Shown here: positions 58,233-64,000 of the stretch, piece after piece | Layout of the letters: each line of letters starts with the position of its first letter | Numbering within the stretch: position 1 is the first letter of the stretch | DNA from: a bacterium | Lineage (GTDB): Bacteria; Zhuqueibacterota; Zhuqueibacteria; Residuimicrobiales; Krinioviventaceae | Reading direction: 5' to 3' | DNA length: 64,000 nucleotides | Assembly: GCA_963675755.2 (NCBI GenBank) | Contig: CAXXMD010000002.1 | Coordinates: 1,696,001 to 1,760,000 of the forward strand | The notes under the pieces: model-generated | What the model was told of the DNA's origin: nothing | Seen by the model: the letters and a program-made list of their open reading frames with translations, nothing else | Database searches by the model: none | Translations under genes and position numbers: made by a program

Positions 58233-59264
58233 ATGAAAGCACTGGTATTAAAAGAATATAACAAGCTGATTTATACTGACTTCCCCAAACCAGAACCTGA
58301 ACCCAACGAAGTAAGGGTACGAATTAAATCCTGTGGAATATGCGGAAGCGATGTACATGGTATGGATGGCAGTACAGGTAGACGCATCCCTCCCCTGATA
58401 ATGGGACACGAAGCTTCGGGAATTATTGAACAATTGGGCCCCAATGTTCAAAACTGGTCAGTTGGCGACCGCGTTACATTTGATTCCACGATTTACAATC
58501 TGGACGATTGGTACACCCGCAAAGGATTATACAACCTGAGCGACAACCGCAAGGTGCTTGGCGTTTCTCCCGGTGAATATACACGTCACGGATGCTTTGC
58601 CGAGTATGCAGTCATTCCCCAACATATTCTATATAAAATCCCTGATAATGTCTCGTTTGATCAGGCTGCCATGGTTGAACCGGTTGCGGTAGCGGCCCAC
58701 GCTGTCAACATAACACCTATGCAGTGGAACGATACCGCTGTGGTTGTAGGTACCGGGATGATAGGATTGTGCATTGTTCAGGTATTAAGAGCAAATGGTG
58801 CGGGACAAATAATTGCCATTGACAAGGATCCGGATCGTCTTGAACTGGCCAAACAACTGGGTGCGGATATAATCCTTGATGCTGATAACGAAAATATTGC
58901 TAAAATCATCAAATCCCACACTCAAAATAGGGGTACGGACATTGCTTTTGAAGCCGTGGGTATTGAACCTGCTATACATACAGCTATATCCGCATTACGA
59001 CGCGGAGGTTCTCTCACCCTGGTGGGCAATCTTGCACCGGGGGTTAACATTCCATTGCAGGCAATTGTCACCCAACAACTATGCTTACAGGGAAGCTGTG
59101 CCATTTGTGGCGAGTACCCCGCCGTACTGGACATGATTGAACGTGGTGTTATTAATGTAGATGTTCTAAAAAGCGCTGCCGCTCCTCTCTCGGAAGGTGC
59201 AAGCTGGTTTAAACGCCTATATGATTGGGAAAAAGGATTAATGAAAGTGGTTTTAAATCCCTGA
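58233..59264 (+). CDS. zinc-dependent sugar alcohol dehydrogenase (galactitol-1-phosphate/L-iditol dehydrogenase-like)
   Basis: CGICGSD, GHEASG, GTGMIG, FEAVG. Confidence 0.9.
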   Translation: MKALVLKEYNKLIYTDFPKPEPEPNEVRVRIKSCGICGSDVHGMDGSTGRRIPPLIMGHEASGIIEQLGPNVQNWSVGDRVTFDSTIYNLDDWYTRKGLYNLSDNRKVLGVSPGEYTRHGCFAEYAVIPQHILYKIPDNVSFDQAAMVEPVAVAAHAVNITPMQWNDTAVVVGTGMIGLCIVQVLRANGAGQIIAIDKDPDRLELAKQLGADIILDADNENIAKIIKSHTQNRGTDIAFEAVGIEPAIHTAISALRRGGSLTLVGNLAPGVNIPLQAIVTQQLCLQGSCAICGEYPAVLDMIERGVINVDVLKSAAAPLSEGASWFKRLYDWEKGLMKVVLNP

Positions 59265-59277
59265 ATAAGGACATGAA

Positions 59278-60369
59278 ATGACCAAACTTAAAACTGCCAT
59301 TATAGGCGCCGGTAAAGTGGGACACACGCACGCACTGGCTTTGCTGGAGCTGGAACAGTCTGAACTGACCGCGGTTTGCAGTCGCACACCTGAAAAAGCA
59401 AAAGCCTTTGCGGAACGATATGGCATACAGGCATTCACAGATGTATCAGAGATGGTCAGCAAATGTGGTATTGATATGGTAACAAACTGCACGCCGCATC
59501 CCGTGCATGCTGCCACCTCTATTGATGCCATGCAGGCCGGTGCACATGTCATTGTTGAAAAGCCGCTTGCTTCCTCCCTTGCGGATTGCGATGCGATGTT
59601 AAAAGTATCTGAACAGACCGGGAAAAAGCTGGCAATGATCAGCCAGAGACGATTGTATGCCCCGGTAAAACGTATAAAACAAGCCATAGATGAGGGAAAA
59701 ATCGGAACTCCGGTTCTGGGCACCGTCAACATGTTTAGTTGGCGCGATAAAAACTATTATGACAGCGATCCCTGGCGCGGCACCTGGCAGCATGAAGGCG
59801 GCGGTGTACTTGTGAACCAGGCCCCGCATCAACTCGATATTTTACAATGGTATATGGGCCCCATAGATTCACTGTTTGGCTATTGGGATAACCTGAACCA
59901 TCCCTATATAGAGGTTGAAGATACAGCTGTATGTGTTATCCGATTTAAAAACGGCGCGTTAGGCAATATTTTGGTGAGCAATTCTCAAAATCCTGCGCTT
60001 TATGGCAAAGTCGCAGTATATGGCAGCAATGGTGCATCTGTGGGCGTTCAAACGGATGGCGGTGCAATGTTTATTGCCGGCATGTCATCCATTACCGAAC
60101 CTCCGGTGAACGACTTGTGGACAGTCCCCGGTGAGGAAAACATGCTGGAATTGTGGAAACAACAGGACTCGGATTTCTTTAACAGTATCGATGCCACACA
60201 ATATTATCATAAAATACAGCTGGGGGATTTTCTAAGTGCGATCAAAAACAATACCTCTCCCCTGGTTTCAGGTACCGAAGGCCGTAAAACAGTCGAGCTG
60301 TTTACAGCGATTTATCGTTCGCAAAGGGACAACCGACCAGTTAGCTTTCCACTACAACCGGAATCATAA
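59278..60369 (+). CDS. Gfo/Idh/MocA family oxidoreductase
   Basis: IIGAGKVG, TPHPVH, VEKPLA, GGGVLVNQAPHQLD, EVED. Confidence 0.92.
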   Translation: MTKLKTAIIGAGKVGHTHALALLELEQSELTAVCSRTPEKAKAFAERYGIQAFTDVSEMVSKCGIDMVTNCTPHPVHAATSIDAMQAGAHVIVEKPLASSLADCDAMLKVSEQTGKKLAMISQRRLYAPVKRIKQAIDEGKIGTPVLGTVNMFSWRDKNYYDSDPWRGTWQHEGGGVLVNQAPHQLDILQWYMGPIDSLFGYWDNLNHPYIEVEDTAVCVIRFKNGALGNILVSNSQNPALYGKVAVYGSNGASVGVQTDGGAMFIAGMSSITEPPVNDLWTVPGEENMLELWKQQDSDFFNSIDATQYYHKIQLGDFLSAIKNNTSPLVSGTEGRKTVELFTAIYRSQRDNRPVSFPLQPES

Positions 60370-60382
60370 AAAATCAAGAATA

Positions 60383-60417
60383 CTACTCGCCCCCAAACTC
60401 CTGTTTGGGGGCGCAAT
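60383..60417. repeat. REP-like hairpin
   Basis: CTACTC-GCCCCCAAAC-TCCT-GTTTGGGGGC-GCAAT; flanks resemble those of the hairpin at 44114-44153. Confidence 0.55.
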
Positions 60418-60543
60418 AAAACAGACAAACACTGTTTATTCTTAAATCATAATATTTTTAAATTCGCATCCGAATATAATCAATATTAAATGTGTTATTC
60501 TTTTCATGTTTCAGCTAAAATAACAATGAAAAAGGATAACCAT

Positions 60544-60990
60544 ATGAATACATTTACAGTAAAATTGAATCGCGTTCTAAACGCCCCACAGGAAAGGGTA
60601 TACAAGGCCTTTATCGATTCGGAAGCTATGGTGAAATGGCTTCCCCCTTTTGGATTCACCGGCAAAATCATCCACAATGATGCAAAACCGGGTGGAACGT
60701 ACAAAATGTCATTCACCAATTTCACAACCGGCTCCAGTCATACGTTTGGCGGAAAATATGTAGAGCTGATCCCCAACGAGAAAATTGTCAATACGGATCT
60801 ATTTGATGATCCCAATCTGCCTGGAGAAATGCGTACCACAGTGACTTTGAAAAAAGTATCAGTGGGTACCGAGTTAAATATAGTACAGGAAGGCATTCCG
60901 GCAGCCATCCCCGAGGACGGATGCTACCTGGGGTGGCAGCAATCCCTGACCATGCTTGCACAATTGGTTGAATCCGCTGTCCCGGATTGA
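60544..60990 (+). CDS. SRPBCC/AHSA1 family protein
   Basis: LNRVLNAPQERVYKAF..KWLPP.GFT, GGTYKMSFTNF, CYLGWQQSL; ATG 60544 behind AAGGA. Confidence 0.9.
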   Translation: MNTFTVKLNRVLNAPQERVYKAFIDSEAMVKWLPPFGFTGKIIHNDAKPGGTYKMSFTNFTTGSSHTFGGKYVELIPNEKIVNTDLFDDPNLPGEMRTTVTLKKVSVGTELNIVQEGIPAAIPEDGCYLGWQQSLTMLAQLVESAVPD

Positions 60991-61614
60991 TTTCACCCGA
61001 AATACGATATTATTTAACTTGCACCCAGACTCTTCAGATTGTGTATAAATGAATTGAATCAAAAGATTTAAAAAATCAATTCTGAGAAAAGTGAAGAACG
61101 TGGAGTGCTGTACCTTTATGTACAGCGGGCCGTCGTAGACGGCCTCAATATAACTGTATTTTTATGAAATATTGAATTTTTGATACTATTAAAATTATTT
61201 ATTATTTAACTATACGGCCCAATTTATTTAGGCCCTTCGGCCCAACGCGGCGTCAGCCGGTTGGCGGACAAGCTATAAAGGCACCGCACTCCCAAAACAC
61301 ATTTTTTTCATGCAATCTGCGCTGTTAAGTGCAGAATACAACTTTTTTTCAATAAGGTTTCCTGAAAAGTAACTTCATTTCAAACAACCTCCCAAATATC
61401 ATTACCATTAACAACAAAACCCCGGGATATAATCGAAACACGTCTCCAATAAACCAGTTGCAGAATAATCGTTAAATTCGTATTATAAGTCTCCTGAAAT
61501 ATTCAATACGAGAGATAATTCTTAAATGTTATTGCAATAAAATCATCCACTTTCCATTCATAATGAATTCAAAAAAACATTTATAATCAATACATGCAAT
61601 ACAAGGGAGTATAT

Positions 61615-63780
61615 ATGCGGCATCTCGGGTACATATTTTTTCTAATCATGACAATTTTTATGATCAATTGTAACAGTTCCAACTATCAAAAGATCAGCAA
61701 ACCCAAAGACATAAATACAATAACAAGCCGTGGTGACATAAGCCGATCCGCATTTAAAGATGCGGCACAAATCCCCCTGTACCAGGGAAACGGCAGATTT
61801 GGATGCCTCTATGGTCAACTGGGATTACATCATTCGCCGGTGAGTATTGGAAAATTTGGCAAGTATGGTGTAACCCAATTCATGCATTATGGCCATTTCT
61901 TCAGAGGTAAATACAATAACGATTATCTGCTCCCTCTTGCAAGGATTTACTGGGAGAATGAGCCGCAGGATATAACATCATATAATCAGCACCAATCTTT
62001 TTATGACGGTACAATCACCACATCGTTTTCATTTGGTGAAAATTCAATAACAGTAACCACCTGGTTTGATCCGGTTGATCGCAATATCGCCGGATATAAA
62101 ATTGATGTCAAGGGCAATGGTCCCAACATAATAGTAGCTCCATTAACAACAATAAAAGCGCATTACGGACAGACAGTAAATCAGCAATATTCCGGCAAGA
62201 TTTTAGAGAATACATGGCAAGGCACAATCCAGGCGAATGAAACCACAACAGATTTTGTTATCAAAACCGACTCTCAACTGGATGAAAATGATAGTGGAAT
62301 TGCCATTACCTTACATGAAGGTGAAAACACGATCCTGTTGTCCGTTAATGGAGAAATCAATAAATCCGCAAATCAATCTTTGACAGATACCCAATCCTGG
62401 TGGAATGAAACATGGCAGAACCACGGCTGGGTTGACATAAATGATAATGCAGCCCAAAAGATCTGGGTCAGATCCATTGCATATTTCCTCTCCAGCTTTA
62501 ATGATGATGGAATTGGGCTAGCCCCTCCCTGCGGCCTGGCAGGTAATTTATGGCCATTTGCGTTTCCACAGGACCTCTCTTATATTTTCCCGGTGTTTCT
62601 CTCTACAGGTCATTTAGATATTGCCAAATCCATGATAGAATATTATGCGAATCGGATTGAAGGTAATAAAGCATACACCAAACGGTTGTTTAAAACCGAA
62701 ATCATAAACGGCAAAGTTTATCCGGCAAAACCCAACAGCACAACATCCGTCGATGGTGTGTTTTGCCCCTGGGTATATCCTTATGGTGACTTTGAAAATT
62801 TTCATTATCCAACGCCTCCCAATCGCTGCATGTACGAGATACACAATACCGGATATTTATCGCGAATGGCTTTTGAAACATCAGTTGCTTTAAATAATCC
62901 CGAATGGAGCAAAACCTATGCAGAGCCATTGATCAGTGAAACGGCTCTGTTTTATAAAAGCATATGTACAAAAGAAGCGGACGGATACTGGCATATTTTT
63001 ATTACGCCGGCAATGGGTCAGGATGAAATGGGCGGCATTAACCAAAAAGACTATTTGGATGCGCTTTACGGCGCGCAATACTGTTTTCAAAAAGCAGTAG
63101 AATGCGGATTGGATCCTGACGGAGAGTATCAGCAAATTTTAAAAGACGGTCTTGCTTTTCCTACCCTTGTTTCTCCCCAAGGTTACTATTTTACCTGCGA
63201 AGGACAAACCTTGAGCCAGTTTGGCACACAAAAACACCCGCCACAGCTTAACGCATTGGCCTTTTTGCCGGTAGGCAAAGTAAATGATGTGGTTAAAACA
63301 TCCTACAATTTGCGTTATGAATTGACGGACAAAGCCTCTACCCCGTTTTTCTGGGGCTGGACGATGGGTGAATTTTTGCTCGCCGGCTCACGCATGGGTG
63401 ATGTTGAAGGCTGGAAAAAAGACTGGGATAATGTATTCAAAGCCGATTATATGGATCCGGATTATATCCAGATTTATGAATCGAGCAAAAAGTGGTATGG
63501 CTCATTTTACATTACCACCCATGGTCTGTTTGCGCAAACCTTGATTGAGAATATTGTATCTACCTGGAATGACGAACTTGCTATTGGCCATTGCATGCCC
63601 TGGGAAAAAGTTCGTTTTGGACAAATCCATACCCAGTTGGGTGTGGATGTAAGCGGTAAAATTGAAAACAACCGCGCGGATTTGGTGCTAAAAGCCTGGA
63701 AAGACACGGAATTTCGCTTGAACGGCAAGGAATACGTATTGAAAAAGGGGCAAACCCAATCAGTTAAAACGGATTTATAG
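61615..63780 (+). CDS. uncharacterised glycoside hydrolase, (alpha/alpha)6-barrel GH95/GH65-like, probable lipoprotein
   Basis: Lipoprotein-like signal (MINC); PLYQGNGRFG N-terminal motif; WWNETW; PQDLSY; GQDE; family assignment tentative. Confidence 0.6.
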   Translation: MRHLGYIFFLIMTIFMINCNSSNYQKISKPKDINTITSRGDISRSAFKDAAQIPLYQGNGRFGCLYGQLGLHHSPVSIGKFGKYGVTQFMHYGHFFRGKYNNDYLLPLARIYWENEPQDITSYNQHQSFYDGTITTSFSFGENSITVTTWFDPVDRNIAGYKIDVKGNGPNIIVAPLTTIKAHYGQTVNQQYSGKILENTWQGTIQANETTTDFVIKTDSQLDENDSGIAITLHEGENTILLSVNGEINKSANQSLTDTQSWWNETWQNHGWVDINDNAAQKIWVRSIAYFLSSFNDDGIGLAPPCGLAGNLWPFAFPQDLSYIFPVFLSTGHLDIAKSMIEYYANRIEGNKAYTKRLFKTEIINGKVYPAKPNSTTSVDGVFCPWVYPYGDFENFHYPTPPNRCMYEIHNTGYLSRMAFETSVALNNPEWSKTYAEPLISETALFYKSICTKEADGYWHIFITPAMGQDEMGGINQKDYLDALYGAQYCFQKAVECGLDPDGEYQQILKDGLAFPTLVSPQGYYFTCEGQTLSQFGTQKHPPQLNALAFLPVGKVNDVVKTSYNLRYELTDKASTPFFWGWTMGEFLLAGSRMGDVEGWKKDWDNVFKADYMDPDYIQIYESSKKWYGSFYITTHGLFAQTLIENIVSTWNDELAIGHCMPWEKVRFGQIHTQLGVDVSGKIENNRADLVLKAWKDTEFRLNGKEYVLKKGQTQSVKTDL

Positions 63781-63787
63781 AATTTTG

Positions 63788-63832
63788 CGTGACGGAGATC
63801 GCTTTGCTTATCTCCGTCACGATCTTTTTTTT
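63788..63832 (+). terminator. rho-independent terminator
   Basis: CGTGACGGAGAT / ATCTCCGTCACG stem followed by T8. Confidence 0.85.
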
Positions 63833-63852
63833 CTTGTTATCATCAGTTCTTG

Positions 63853-63889
63853 TTGCCCGGTATCTCGGAGGTGCCGGGCAATTCGTTTT
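63853..63889. terminator. second GC-rich hairpin (terminator or REP-like)
   Basis: TTGCCCGG...CCGGGCAA stem just downstream of the first terminator. Confidence 0.45.
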
Positions 63890-64000
63890 AAAAATAAGCT
63901 TTATTTTTAAATCCCACCGTAACAGTAAACATTTGCGCCATACCAAGTTAATCTCATACAACCAATTCAATTAATCACTTTAAAAATCGCTTAAACAGAG

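Noticed and set aside
57323-61600. Prophage or integrative element at the tRNA cluster
   Set aside because: No integrase, no phage genes and no duplicated tRNA 3' end seen; the accessory genes lie on the 5' side of the tRNAs.
63764-63974. Two small ORFs at the right edge
   Set aside because: They overlap the terminator hairpins and lack SD or recognisable motifs.
1-64000. CRISPR array or cas genes
   Set aside because: No regularly spaced direct repeats with unique spacers and no Cas-like ORF; the repeats at 43.7-46.6 kb are degenerate palindromic units.

Overview
AT-rich bacterial chromosomal window. Several secreted proteins end in YPNPFN-type FlgD-Ig/T9SS-like domains, and the gene set suggests a diderm FCB-group organism such as KSB1 or Calditrichota (inference). 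The right part holds a conserved minus-strand housekeeping superoperon: tRNA Gly-Cys-Leu-Val, thrS, infC, rpmI, rplT, pheS, pheT, zapB-like, zapA, a possible 6S-like RNA, rny, ymdB and folD. The rest is accessory: carbohydrate-active enzymes, two-component proteins, an N-epsilon-acetyl-beta-lysine (ablA-symporter-ablB) osmolyte operon, a GT2/ArnT/LAB_N lipid-modification triplet, a TrmB-protease pair, and a standalone AT-rich RES-domain gene among REP-like palindromes. The best candidate for an undescribed system is a five-gene operon at 17196-27244 that looks like a diderm version of the Bacillus YdaLM / Listeria Pss ManNAc-type exopolysaccharide synthase. It comprises a 1656-aa fusion of two glycoside hydrolase-like barrels and a DUF2334 deacetylase, a YdaM/PssC-like GT2, an internally duplicated outer-membrane barrel, an 8-bladed Ca-binding beta-propeller, and a UDP-GlcNAc 2-epimerase. 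A monoheme cytochrome c fused to a porin (32436-33656) is the second most notable item. No CRISPR array, integrase, transposase or rRNA was seen. All family assignments come from motif recognition by eye, not database searches.
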